A stretch of 64,000 nucleotides of DNA from Lingula anatina (taxonomy: Eukaryota; Animalia; Brachiopoda), in NCBI GenBank assembly GCA_051362555.1, contig CM120640.1, positions 4,092,001-4,156,000 of the forward strand, given 5' to 3'. The notes below the pieces were generated by a model, which was given only the letters and a program-made list of their open reading frames with translations, was not told the origin of the DNA and did not search any database. The translations under genes and the position numbers were made by a program. Shown here piece after piece: positions 38,481 to 51,934 of this stretch. Position 1 is the first letter of the stretch. Each line of letters opens with the position of its first letter.

Positions 38481-41400
38481 ACTTTTAAAAAGCATACATT
38501 TAGGTCTTCATATTTCATATGATTACAAAAATATAAACAAAGAAAAGATTAAAGATTAAATGAATTTCTAAGTCCCTGATAATCTTTTCTGGGTATTTTT
38601 CAACTAAAGAACAAAACTTAGTAAAGTCAATGACTTCTTAAAATGGATGACATGCAGCTTTATGATGGTGTTAATTCAACACTCTTACTATATATATCCA
38701 AGTTCATCAGATTAGTTTATTACCTCCGCCAAGGAGGTTATGTTTTCACCCCTGTTTGTTTGTCATCAACATAACTCAAAAAGTTATGGATCGATTTGGA
38801 TGAAATTTTCAGGAACTGTCAGAAGTGGGCCAAGGAAGAGATGATTAGTTTTTGGTGGTGATCCGAATCAATAATCAATCAATAATCAATAATAATAAAA
38901 AATTGTTGCCTTGGTGGAGGTCTGCGCTCTTGGAGTGCTTTTCCAGTTAAAAAATGGACTTCATATAACTGCAGGGTATAGAGTGTACAAGCTGCAGGTT
39001 TTATCAATACTTATCGTGTTCAAGCATAGTGATACAGTGTAAATCTATATTGTTATTTATTATATTATTGTTAGGAGTGAAATAAACCAAATTACTGCAT
39101 TCCAACTGTAGTATTAAGTGCTCCGTTGTAAAATCATTAATTTAAAATAGAAATTTAAAGATTTGGCATTATTTTTCTTTATTAATCCACTGTCTATACA
39201 TAATAATACCAAAACCCTGTAAATAATGCAATATTTTGACATAGAAATAAAGGTACAGGTGAAAAAGTCTTAAATATAAAACTACATAATACAAGAGACT
39301 ATACTGTCATGAAAAAAGTATAAACCAAGGAAGCTTTGTAGGGGAAATAAAGCAAGCTTGTCTGTTAGTACATTAAATAACCAACACACCAACCTTTGAA
39401 TTAATACTGATGACTCTTGCCTGGTCAAGGATGAGTTTTTTGAAGAATGACGGTTTTGGTAAGACAGAGCAAGCCTACAACACAAATACCAAGCAAACAC
39501 AGCGTGCAAACTTAAAAATGTAGTAGATGTGGATGCTGTAGCACAGATCAAACTTTCACAACTTTTAAACTTTATCTTGCCAAAACTGTAAATATTAACA
39601 TTATATGCTTATATTTTTGAGGTGTGATCAGAAAGTTTGTTTTTGCCGTAAAATTAACCATTTCCAATTACACAGTCCATGCCAACTCCGCTAGGAATTT
39701 CTGTCACAAGAGAACTTAAATTAAGCCCAAAAATTGATCCCAACTTTCAGACCTAATTATCAGGCCAAGTCCTTTTGTGACTCTCATCCACATCTTCACC
39801 AAGCACTTACCACCAGAAGTTTCAGGAAAGGTAATTTTTTCAGGATAAAAGCATATTGTGGGAAAATCATCATCTTTTTCATCACAAAGGAAAAGCCCTA
39901 TTCGAAAAGTTCAGCCATGTTTGTCTTACCACTCCAATTGTTTAGAGCCCAAGAAAAAGTATATAAACTTGAGTAGTAAGGAACTGGTTTGAACAGGGCC
40001 TGCTATCTTTCTGGAATATACAGACAAACAAGGCCCCTACCCTCACTAATTGTTATCAAATTTTGGACTGTCAGTGCAGGTGTCAAAAGGGAAAGGGGTT
40101 TGAAGTGAAAATGTTTTTATAAAAAGCAAGACAATAAATAACACAACCCAATTCACCTAATCTTTTCTGCCAAAGTTAAAGATAAATCCCTGAAACCACT
40201 GATTCGTAAGTTTATATAACTTAAAGAGAAGAAAAGGAAAATATATCTACAGTTATTGTGTGTACTTCTAAGACCAACTAATCTACTTATTCAATAACAG
40301 ACTGACAAGGTGAAATAGCAAAATAAAAAAATAACCACACAAAAATGTATAACACAACAAATCAACCTTCATTTTAGTTAAACAAACACCACTATTAAAC
40401 ATAAATACCAAACATAAAAATAAAAATATGAATTAAGATATTCCACTTATGCTCAGAATTTGAAACCTTGTTACGTCCCACAATTAATGATTGCTTTTCA
40501 TTTCAGCCTCTTTACGGTAAGACATTTAAAATATATTCCAAAATAAATTGAAAATACAATTGATTTTGGGATCTTAATTGTGTGTAAGGTTCATAAATTC
40601 TGTCCACAAGATAGCAAAAAAGAACAATATACTAATTCCAAATTCTTTTTATAAACATACCTCCTGGAAGGGGCAACTCTGACAGCAAAGGGACTGAAGT
40701 TCTGGTTGGTCTTTGGCATGAAATTTCTTTAAAAAATCATTGTTTTCAAGTTCATATTACTGTTTTAACTGTACATGCATCATACTTACAAAATAGCAAA
40801 GCTGGTACAGTAAAACTAAATTAAATTTAGTGCGTACAGTATGCTAAATATTGTCTACATAACACTTTCCTTATACAAGCTGGTACAAAACTGTATAATA
40901 TGTGAACTGTTAAAGAAATCTTTCAGAACGTTGTCTATGCTTATTCAGATACAATGTGACCAATTCTGATCAATGTAAAGATATACCATTCTTTATATCT
41001 TAAGTATTACCTTATGGAGTCAGGCATATGAAAAGCAAATAAGTCATCCAGTCTAGTCAATTCAAATGGCCTGTAGTACTCAAAATAGGAGTTAATTCTT
41101 TCATCACTCTTGTGGCTCCTGATGACAATTTGTTTTCCTTCTATGCCTTTGGATTCTGAAACACATTATTACATATATCTCAAAATGTCACCATACTTAA
41201 TGACAACACAAACCATATGTGTCGAAATTTCTAGAAAATCAGGGTTGTTAGTCATTCCTGTTTATTCTACATATTTTAACACCAATATTGTTATTTTACA
41301 GGTTGTATTGGAAATAATACTATACACAATATTAGTAGCACTGCAGCACTGGAAACAATGATTTGAGAAAAGCCCAAGAAAAAGTAGAGGATTTCAAAAT

Positions 41401-44400
41401 ATAATGCTTTAATCATACCTTCATCATAAGGCAAGGGAAGGCAATCTCTGACTGGTTTCTCCCACCACTGAGAATAACTGGGGATGGCAATTGTAAATTA
41501 ATGTTAATAAAAAATAACAATCTATTTGAGAAAATATTATGACTTTTTTTTAACAAGATAGCATTTTGTCAAAGTAACACCTTTTATCAGAGTGCAGAAC
41601 AAATATTCAATTTATCATTTTATGAATTGTTCTTTAGACATATCAAACAGATCAACTGAAACCTGTTTATAAATTACATACCCTTTACCAAGAAGCAATG
41701 ATATTTTGAAAAACTAAATCATGGGTCTACATGTTCTTAATATAATTATTCTTTAGGTATTACATGTACCTTCATCATTACAACAGTATGTGCATCAATC
41801 ACTTAATCGCAGCAAACAAACAACAAACCTTTTGTTCAATTTTGAATTCATCATCAAAATGGACCCAGAGCCCTCCTGATCTAAAACATCTAGGCTACAA
41901 AGATACATGACAATACAAAACAAGCTGAACCATCAAGTCAAGGGTTATTTCTCAATATGTGCCAGTGGCCAAAGAGCTGCTACCTCTATCCATACTAGTG
42001 GTAATTATTCTATCTGGTAGTAAAATGTCAAGATCTTAAAATTATTTTGCCATATTTAAGACTGTGAAAGTCCACATTAAAAAAAGTTCATAGCTATTGA
42101 GATAATAACCCTCACTTGTTATGTTTCAAGCCAGCAATATACTCCACACTGCGCTACATTAGAAATAGCCCGTGCAAGTGAAAGCTTAGTGAAATACATC
42201 AAAATAAAGCACCTGTGATGCATTAATAATAATAATATCATCTCAAAACACAGCAATTATGCAAAGCGACAGTGTAAAATCAAATGCATTAATGCAGACA
42301 TATGAATTTAAATAAATGAATAGCCCCTCAGCCGAGATTACTTCCCACAAGATGTTTCAGGACACACATACACCCAAGCTCAAAACCATAATTGGAGTGT
42401 ATAAAAAATAAAAAATAATAGTTTTTTTAAATTTTTAATCTGCTGTACCTGCGTTGATTTTTAGGAAATCTCCCCATGGCCAGACAGTTGTGAAGGTAAT
42501 AGTCAGTGGACAGGTCCCAAATTGCTGCATGTCCTTTCTGTGGTTGAAAAACCCCCAGAAATACATTGATAGCATTCTGTTTTTCATTGTCTGTTACAAA
42601 TAGAAAAATATTTATAACTAGAGGATCAGAGAGGCGATACCGCCTCCGAATATTGTACCACCAGCTGGAGCAAGAGCATTCGTATAGACCCCCACATATA
42701 CAAAATAAGGAACACAGCCACCAGTCTTGTGCTTGACAAGCTGTAAAAATGCAATCAACAAGAATTTTCAAAATATGCAAAAAATATATATATTACTAAA
42801 AATGGTACAATCAAAGTTAAGTTCATCGTAAGGTAGGTCAAAGGTCAATTCCAAGGTCACAGTAAATTGCCAGTATATGACTTCCTATTCAACTTCAATA
42901 GTAACTATGGGCCTATCTCTGCCAGGTTTGGAGTTAAAAGAGAAAGAAATTAGCAGAGTTCAGTTCATGATAATAAGTAGGTCAAAGGTCAATTTCAAGG
43001 TCACACTTAGATTGCCAGTATATGACTTCCTATTCACGTTCAATAGTAACTATGGACCTATCTCTGCCAGTTTTGGAGATAAAGGGGAAGCAAAATATGC
43101 AAAGTTCAGTTCATGGTGAAAAGTAGGTCAAAGGTCAATTTTAAGGTCACTTTTAGATTGCCAGTATATGTCTTCCTATTCAACTTCAATAGAGACTATG
43201 GACCTATCTCTGCCAGTTTTGGAGATAAAAGGGAATCAAATTTTGCAAAGTTCAGTTCATGGTGAAAAGTAGGTCAAAGGTCAATTTTAAGGTCACATGT
43301 AGATTGCCAGTATATGACTTCCTATTCAACTTCAATAGAGACTATGGACCTATCTCTGCCAGTTTTGGAGATAAAAGGGAAGCAAAATTTGCAAAGTTCA
43401 GTTCATGGTGAAAAGTAGGTCAAAGGTCAATTTTAAGGTCACATTTAGATTGCCAGTATATGTCTTCCTATTCAACTTCAATAGTAACTATGGACCTATC
43501 TCTGCCAGTTTTGGAGATATAAGGGACTAAATGTTATAATTTTGGAGTTACCATAATGTGCCATAAATTTCCTACAGAAAAAATTAATTAAAATAAAGAA
43601 AAGGTCATTTTGGTCAAAATTCTTGAAATGGGAGGTGCTCTGAAGTTCCAGATGTTCAAATTTGATGAAATAATGTCATTTTTGACCACAAGTTGTCTGC
43701 TTTGCCAAGCCTTATGTTTTATTTTTCCGGAGTTCAAAATTTATTATCCATTACCGTACTGCACATTTTGCTTTCACCACCAATATGTACTTTTTAATAC
43801 AGCGTAACTCGAAAACCGTATGGAATACAAAAAAACGGAGACCACCTCCAGTGTTGGGCTTTACATGCTCTACAAAATGCAAAAAAGAATGGGTGTCTGG
43901 CATTAACGGTTCCCGATTTAGAGACAGTTTTCAGTTTCGATATCTTATGGCCGCTAATTCTGTGAAAATGCACCGATTGACCCCAAATTCACGGAGATGA
44001 AAGATGACCTGAAGGGTAACACTTTCCATTAATATTATTAGTTAAGTCTGTGTGGTGTCTGAATAAGACCGCAAATAATTTTTTTTTCAGCAAGAATTTT
44101 GTTTTTTTGAAAATTTTGGCCCATTTGACCTTGAAATAAAGGTCAAAGGTCAAATCCAAGGGCATATTTGAAATCTACACATATGACTTTTGGAAAGCTG
44201 TCTGTAGAAATTTTTCCCATAATTCCTTCCGTAGGGGAGATAATTAGCATTTAATTTTGCCATTTTTGGACAAGGGTGCATTGCAATGAGTGCCACACCT
44301 AGACCCCAATACCGACAAAGCCCAAATTTTACGTGGAACGAGTTGAGATTATAGGTGACCTAAATCCAAGAGATGGGTATGGAGGCCATTACCGTCTAGG

Positions 44401-46390
44401 AGGAGAAGCGGTAACGGTGACTTGGCGGCGGAGCCGCAGGAGCCGGCGGAGCCGCAGGAGCCGGCGGAACATACGGGTCGGGACTAAAACCATGTGTACC
44501 GCCAGCGCCTACGCTGGTGGTACAATTATATAAACATTTTGATCAAAGTCAAGTTCAAGTGATAGTATAGCTATATGTAAAATAAAACACTTCAAAACCC
44601 CTCTCCTCTTTTTCTATTTCAGTATGCATGGGTGTTCTTATATTTACTTAGCAATATGCATCAAATATTTCCATACATAAGCTGAATATTGTTGGAGTTT
44701 CGATCCCCCACCCTTTCAATGTGTTTCTCCTACCTGAGAATGTGTTGCTGTAGTATCTGGAGAGTGTGTGCATGATGTCCCTGGAGTGAGAGGTCCATGG
44801 GGCAGTCTTCCTGTACGTCTCTATCCTGTGGACGAGCTGGGAACCACCATACTGTAGAGCCAACACATCACCGTGGTCTTCATAAAGCTCCTCAAGCATT
44901 CTAGACCAGAGAGAATTAGATTTTACTGTGTGTTTTTCCTTCTCTGCAAATGTGCGTGATAATTCTTATAGCAAAATATTGCTTTTAGAATTCTATGTTA
45001 TCTATAAAATACTCTTTTGATTTCAATTTCTCATGTGTGTAATAATTCTTATAGCAAAATATTGCTTTTAGAATTCTATGTTATCTATAAAATACTCTTT
45101 TGATTTCAATTTCTCATGTGTGTAATATTTCTTATAGCAAAATATCGCTTTTAGAATTCTATGTTATCTATAAAATATTCTTTTGATTTCAATTTCTCAC
45201 CTGGTGCAGTCAGTGTCAAATTCCAGCTCAGGTTTGTGTATCACTCCCAATGCGTACAACTGAAACAAAATATCAAAAGTAAATTGAGATCCTTTGTAAA
45301 TATGATGTTAACAGTTTTGATAAATAAGGATTGAAGAGTTAATTAAATTAATTAATATACAATGTTTTGTGATATTTCCAGCAAAAATTATCCATAAATA
45401 AGACATAAGTACATGTTATTCATCAGTTACTGTTAGTGTCTGAGCAGTAGTCATACAAGTGAGCTAGCCCAGCTGGTCAGGTGCCCTTGCCTTTAGGGTG
45501 CATACGTAGTTGCTGCTTTCAGCAGTTAGTCATCAGTCTTCAGTGCTGTCTAGCAGCCAGGGAAAACTAAAAACTTCCACATATCTATGGTGTTCAAAAA
45601 GTATCAATGCTATCAAAGCTAAAAGTTAATTAAACTGAACAACAATCACAATTTTTACAAATTACAGGCATTTGGTGTAAAAATAATTACAGCCTACCTG
45701 ATATGCTAGTGCACATTTCCCAATTGCAAACTGTGCTGTGTTGGTTCTGTCCAGACAGTCCACACAGTTGGTCCTAACCACCCCTGTCTGCCGCATCCCC
45801 TGTTCATCTCTATATCCCTGGAGACTCTTCCACCTGTAGACAAATAAAGTCTTAAATAGATATACAAATACATAAATGAATAAATCCTTCGACCCAAGGC
45901 AAGATTATGTGTGGTATGTTTTTTGTGAGGCATTAGCAAACTTTGATGCTAACACAGCTTTCTGCTGTATTTATTTATTTATTTAGTTAGTTAATATTGA
46001 AGAATTAGTTTCAGGTCATTTACTCTGGTCCATGTTGCTGCCTACCTGAAATCCTGGCTCCACTGGTGACAGTGGAAGTCTGGTTTACTAGAAAATATCC
46101 CATTCTTCCGCACACACCACTGGGCTATCTTACCAAGATCATGCATCACATTGGCATTTTTCCTGAAAATATTTTTGATAACATTTTAACCCTCAATTTC
46201 ACATACTACTACGATTGAAGACTGTATGTATAGAAACAGTTACATTTACTCATATTTATCTATTCAGAATAACTTTTCAATGATAGACAAATATCTCTTT
46301 ATAAATTTAAATTTCATATTATATATTATTTTACACCATTTCATAAAAAACTCATGCAAATAAAGGCATCTGTGTGTGTGCACATGTGAG

Positions 46391-46421
<31 letters not shown>

Positions 46422-47740
46422 CACATACTTTTTGTTTGCTCTAGCCATGTCAAATCCTATGTGTTCTATTGCATGCTCAGGTGGCAGGAACTGATTCAGG
46501 TATTTGATAACCCTGATAAACTCTTCACTTATCAAACTTTCTCGTTTTTTGTTTTCTCTAGTCTGCAATGAAAATTTGTGTTATAGATAATGTAAAATTA
46601 CCTGTCAATTATTAGTATTTTGGTTTATATTTGTCATATCAAATTGTTTTATTTCATCTAGGATCCAAAATAAATAATAATTAATTATTTTGGATCCTAG
46701 ATTTCATGTATTAGACACTTTTTAGAGAGAAGATGCCATTAAAACGTCTGAACACCTTGTGGCAGAACAACAGTTTTAATGGTAACTGAAAACTACAGAC
46801 CTATTAAATTATGTATCGCCTTAAGGTATTCAAACTTACCTTGACAAGGTTAAGGATAATAATTGGGGCCCCATATCGCCTCAGTAACTTATTAAAGTGT
46901 TGACCTGGTGCTGTGCCATAGGGGTCAGTGTGGTCAACTGAAATACCAAAGAAGCAATGAAATTATTGAAACAGATGCAACAATATTCAAACAACTGACA
47001 GTCATCATTCTAATCATAATAATTCTTAAAAAAACAGATGTATCCTTGTTTTTAAAATGAATTAATCATGTTTCACTTTGAAACATAATGGAAAAAAGAT
47101 GTAGCAAAATGTATCTTAAAATGATATTCTCAATGACAATCTCCATCCCAATCAAACTATTTCTCTTAAATATGAGAAAAACTAGGCAATAATAAAAGAT
47201 ATATCATAATGCATTTTTCCTGCCCTTTATAAAATTACAAAATAAATCTTGTCTTACTCTGAATAGGGGGCTTTGGCATGACCTTGGATAGATCATGTGA
47301 CCAGAAAAGTGGAATGGAACCTCGCAATTGCACAAAGGAAGATATCCTGGCTCTTCTTAGGTCTAAAATTGTGGAATCATGCACAATTTGCTCGGTCTCT
47401 ACCTCATTGGCAACTTCACCCTGAATATAAAGAAAATGTGTACATTCTTCATTTCTACAGAGCATTGTCTTTATAAGTAGCAAACACATTGAAAAGATTT
47501 TCTTATTGGTGCCATTCAGTGCCGCTCGGTGAACATTCACATATAATGGAAAATTTGGAAATGATTTAAAATACATATAAATTCAATGATGCAATGAGTT
47601 ATGTGTGGAACAAACTTACAACTGTAGAAATATTCTTACCATACAATTAACTCCTCTTTTCAAGAACCTGGTCCCTGCCATTCTGGTAGATCTCCTAGCA
47701 ATCACTGTCAGATAGATATTACGACCATACACTATCACAT
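37167..47740 (-). CDS. FIG4: Polyphosphoinositide phosphatase FIG4/SAC3 (5'-partial; upstream exons outside the window)
   Basis: Exons 47740-47640, 47420-47258, 46937-46840, 46562-46429, 46162-46046, 45833-45698, 45259-45201, 44900-44734, 42590-42449, 41477-41419, 41155-41011, 40726-40661, (optional 40219-40157, 39474-39394), 38380-38209, 37928-37849, 37694-37623, 37344-37167. SAC motifs [41 protein letters not shown], catalytic [28 protein letters not shown]. Confidence 0.95.
37695..37848 (-). other. GC-AG intron in FIG4
   Basis: Donor AAAAG|GCAAGT on the minus strand. Splicing to the 37694 acceptor gives in-frame YKR-YVQIG. Confidence 0.8.
38427..38477. repeat. (TA)n microsatellite
   Basis: About 25 TA units. 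Confidence 0.9.
38718..38948 (+). mobile_element. HINE family B, short complete copy
   Basis: 5' subTIR TACCTCCGCCAAGG with adjacent IR GGAGGT, a (TGTT)n microsatellite, 3' subTIR CCTTGGTGGAGGT, hairpin GCGCTC-ttg-GAGTGC, end ttttccagtt. Confidence 0.82.
42618..44526 (-). mobile_element. HINE family A copy 2 (5 satellite monomers) in a FIG4 intron
   Basis: Reverse complement of 13438-17115 without the internal duplications. Same subTIRs, hairpin and CTAG end; monomers at about 146-bp spacing in 42810-43520. Confidence 0.88.
44951..45200. repeat. 83-bp tandem repeat x3 starting at a FIG4 5' splice site
   Basis: aatttctca recurs at 45025, 45108 and 45191; the units are nearly identical. Confidence 0.9.
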
Positions 47741-47803
47741 CTGTTATTTCTGTTAAGTCAGTCTTTAAAATTGTGAAGTAATACAGGTGAAATAATTAAA
47801 TAA

Positions 47804-48365
47804 CTAGAATATCAGAGAGGCAATACCACCTCCGGGTATTGTACCACCAGCTGGAGTAAGCATATTTGTATCTAAAACAAAAAAAAAAAAAAAAAAGGAA
47901 ACCACCTCCTTTGTTGTGCTTGACAAGCTCTACAAAATGCAGTAAACAAGAGTTCCCAATTATTTTACTGAAAATTATAATTTATAACAAAGTCATAGGG
48001 AAAAAGTAAAATCCAGGGTTGCAGTAAGACTGTGAACATAGGACTTCCCATCCAAGTATATATAGCGCAACATTAATCAAAGCGCAAATGTCAATAAAAT
48101 GACATTTTCAACTAACAGCTATATGATTCTGTTGTATTGTAAAAACAAAATTTTTGACAGCAAACTAGCCTCAGAGATTCCTCTCAATTCAAGCACACAT
48201 AAAATGGTCTTTTAAATTAATGTAATACATACCATGGGGCTTATATCACTGGCAGTGATATCAGTGTGTTCTACTCAAAATAGGGGTTTGTTGAAACATT
48301 TAAGATTTCTATTGTACGTATAACAAATAATGCAATGCTACCACACCTAGCCCAATATACACGAC
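47804..48365 (-). mobile_element. Degenerate HINE family A relative
   Basis: ctagaatatcagagaggcaataccacctccgggtattgtaccaccagctggag matches the copy-2 terminus; tgcaatgctaccacacctag matches 44282-44302. Confidence 0.7.
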
Positions 48366-48588
48366 GCATGTGTCACAGGTCAGGTCCCAATCTAGTCTAC
48401 TTCTTAAATGGCCCAGACCACATCCCAATTAGGACGTGGCCCATACCATAATTGGGTCTTTGCATTGTTAACAGCTTAATGAGCATGTTAATTGGCCAAG
48501 TAATTTACAGGTGAGCTGCCAGTTTGTTTGTATGACAGTATGAAGCAGCATTCAGAACTGAAAATATAACACTGAAAGAAGAGATCAG

Positions 48589-48736
48589 GGCCCCGTATCT
48601 CGAAAGCTTTGCTATGTTGCGCACGTGCGCAAGCGTCTCGATTCCATTACTCGCCCATACTCTTCTCATATAATACACTGTAGCCTCTTATTGATATAGC
48701 GATTCGCAATACGCGATGCTTTCGAGATACGGGGCC
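48589..48736. mobile_element. PIF/Harbinger-like MITE with perfect TIRs
   Basis: GGCCCCGTATCTCGAAAGC / GCTTTCGAGATACGGGGCC, with a CAG TSD on both sides. Confidence 0.85.
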
Positions 48737-49714
48737 CAGTTCCTCTCCTTTGTCAGAGGAATTTTGAGAAAATGATTAATAAGTTCTGAATTTCACTGGT
48801 TTTCCTAACTTTGCTCTTTAAATGATTGTTTTTGAAGAGAATCTGCCAAGTATTGTTATTAGTTCTCAATTCCAAATGTTTATCACAACTCTGTAGAAGC
48901 CCAAAATAATTCTGCGATGCCAGTTAATTGCACTCGACTTTAAAGTGTCCTTCTCATCTCTTTCAAAATTTTGGCCACAGGTAACAATGTCCTGTATGTA
49001 CACTCCAAACCTTTCGTCACGTGGCCTGACTGGGATAGTTAAAGAAAATGTATGCCCAAAGTCAAATGTGCAGTGTTCATTGGTTGTTTTGAAGTTGTTA
49101 TCCTGATATCTTGCACACAACTAGGATAGGTATTCTACTTATTCAGAATTGTGAGCAGGAACTCACTTTTTCTTTCTCATAATTTTAAAGGATAAATGGA
49201 GAAGTTTGCAAGAAATATAAAATTTTGTATGGTGCACTTCCCACAGATAGTCTGATATGCAGAAATAGATGGCTGTCCTTTATCAACAAGAAAGCTCTTG
49301 TAGGTTGTGCTTTCTTTAAATTATGACCACCAGTTGTTGACTTCTCCTAAATAAATTTACAATTAAGTTTCTTAGGCTGTATTCCCAGAGCTTTTAGATC
49401 GATATATATACATATTTAAAGCTAAATCAAGGAAACCTTAACTTAAAGGTCATACATATACACCCAACATATATTTAGCCATCAAACGCGTCATACCATT
49501 AAACACATCCAGGGTAAAAGCATGTAACATGCTTGGGAGCAAAACGTGCTTAGGAGCTAAATGCATTGAAAAAATGAGACAAAGCAGGCACTAAGAATTG
49601 TGTTTAGGAGCTAAATGATGTTTTTACAGTGTACGTTATAATTGTGTACCTGTGTATTTGTATAAAAATAAAACCATTTCAGGTCATTTTAATGCCTTTT
49701 CATGCAAGAATGTT

Positions 49715-49849
49715 GTCTAACAACTGAGTTGATACAATGTTGTTATTTGACGTTGATCCTACTTTCAAATCCAATGTTTATCCAACGTCTTGTCAACGTT
49801 GAATTCAACATTGTTTCAACGTTGAAACAAAGTCATTTTGCCCGCTGGG
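49715..49849. mobile_element. CMC/EnSpm-like terminal fragment
   Basis: Clustered caacgttg/caacattg subterminal repeats ending in TTTTGCCCGCTGGG. Confidence 0.5.
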
Positions 49850-51934
49850 TACTGACTGTGAGCAGTGCAGTGGTTTGCTTACAAACAGAGGGGTGCACAT
49901 GTTCAAGTAATGCTGGAAAGAATGTTTACTTGATGACAGTATATTTTTGTGCCATTGCGAGTTATGACAGTGTGTCTGCTGTCCATGGGGATGGGAAATG
50001 TTTCACCCATTTATTTTGTTCACGGAGTTTTGCAGGCATTTCTTAGTATGGCTGTTAATGGGAAATTATTTGGTGGTTTAAAGCTTCCACTTGTATATCC
50101 TTTTCCCTTTGGTGTAGTCAATCACAATATGTAGCTTACTTTATTTATTTGGTTCATATATATTTACACTACTATTCCCTGTTGTTTTTTTCCTCCAACA
50201 TGGTCACGAGACTATTGTTACGGAGCAAATATGACGTCACTGAAAATGGGTAGTCCATTATTTAGTAATATATATATATACACCTTGTAAATATTTCGAT
50301 AAATTGCTCTTACTGCATTTTTATTGACTTAATACATACCTACAGGCTTTTTATTTACACCATGTTTGCTCACCAATAAAAAATGCAAACCTGGCCTTTC
50401 ACAGACTCATAAAATAACCTCGATCAACAAAAGCACAAAAAAATTCTGAGTGTTGTTAACATTATTCAACACTCACTGTTATGGCATGGGGTATAAACCT
50501 CTGTCAGACCACTTACAAGTATTGATATACTGAAGACATAAGTAAATGTCTGAAAATATCAGCTTATCGCTACCACTGTATCTTTCAACCCCTTCAAGCA
50601 CACCGCGCGGCCATTTGTAAACTGAAGGCACTGCAATCTGAATTTGATCGTAAGAAAAATGTTCCTAAATAACAGCTCTTAATTAGCAAAATGAAAAGTT
50701 TGCAGCAAAATTGCAGCAATATTTTGCAGGAGTTTGAAAGAAAAAATTTATTCCTGCTAATTTGCAGCCATACTGCAGATATTTGTTGCCATTTTGCAAC
50801 ACAAAAAATGTATTGTCATTGTTATAGTGAGGAAAGACGACAATGGTCTGGAGCTTTCAAACGTTTATTCACCGAATCATTTTTTAAAAAAATTTCACAA
50901 GTATTTATACTCTATTTTCCAAAGAATTTTCCATTCTCATGTTACAAAATGCTATTCAATATTTCCTTATTAGGTAATTGCAGTGAGAAGTACTCGTTTT
51001 TAATTTAAATATTAAAAATATTATTCGAATTACTCAAGCTTGACCTTGTCCATCTCGAGTTTGCATGAGTTTTACACGTTAGAAAAGTGCAAATCTATTA
51101 AAAAATTAACCAATCAAATCAAACTATATGTGACTTTGAAATGTTCCATTTGTTGACACTTAAAGAAATTCAACTTGCACTCAATAACTTCCTATCCTTT
51201 TACACATTTGATTCTGTTTTAATTGTTATCTGTACTTATTTTAAGTGTAAGTCATTTGCTTTAAAACATACACCCCTTCTTCAAATGAATTCCTCCTCGA
51301 ATTCGAAAACTTTACAACATCATTTTTGTTCCTTGCAGAGACACCATGAGTGACCAACAGAAATACGATGTTCAGCAATTCATTGCATTAAAAAATAAAT
51401 CTATTAATCCAGTAGAATGCCAGGATACATCTAGTCAATCAAAACCTTTAACAGGATCTGGGAAAGGAAAGGTAAGAAATACTTCAAGGAGATAACACAC
51501 TTGAGAGCAAGAATGAGGGCAGGTGAGGTGAGGATGAATAACTGCACCCTCTTTATTGGTAAAAACTATGTCAAATAAATAATGATGAGGTGTTGCCTTC
51601 TATTTCACCTTTGTGGTTTCTAACATGTTAGTCAAAATACTTTTAGATTGTAACTTATAAGCCAAAGATACGTAATGTGTGCTCAAAACTGACAAAATGT
51701 TTTTCTTTCTTTCTTTTTTTTTTTTTTTGCAAGTTGCCAGAATTAATTATTTTTTCCAAAATGATGATTGCACTATCGATAAGAGAAAAAAGAACCAAGT
51801 AACTGGCTACGAAACAGCAAACAAAACGAAAATAGATGTTAACTGCTCAGTGTTAAGTCTCATCTACCCAGATAACTCACCAAGTTGTGCCAGAGTTATT
51901 TCTACCAGGGCTCATACTTCATATCTGAACTTTA

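Noticed and set aside
39811-39900. Additional FIG4 exon ending at a strong gtaagt donor
   Set aside because: The frame matching the phase-2 neighbouring junctions contains a stop codon.
47040-47047. GTATCCTT U12 donor motif
   Set aside because: It is on the + strand, opposite to FIG4, and not at an exon boundary.
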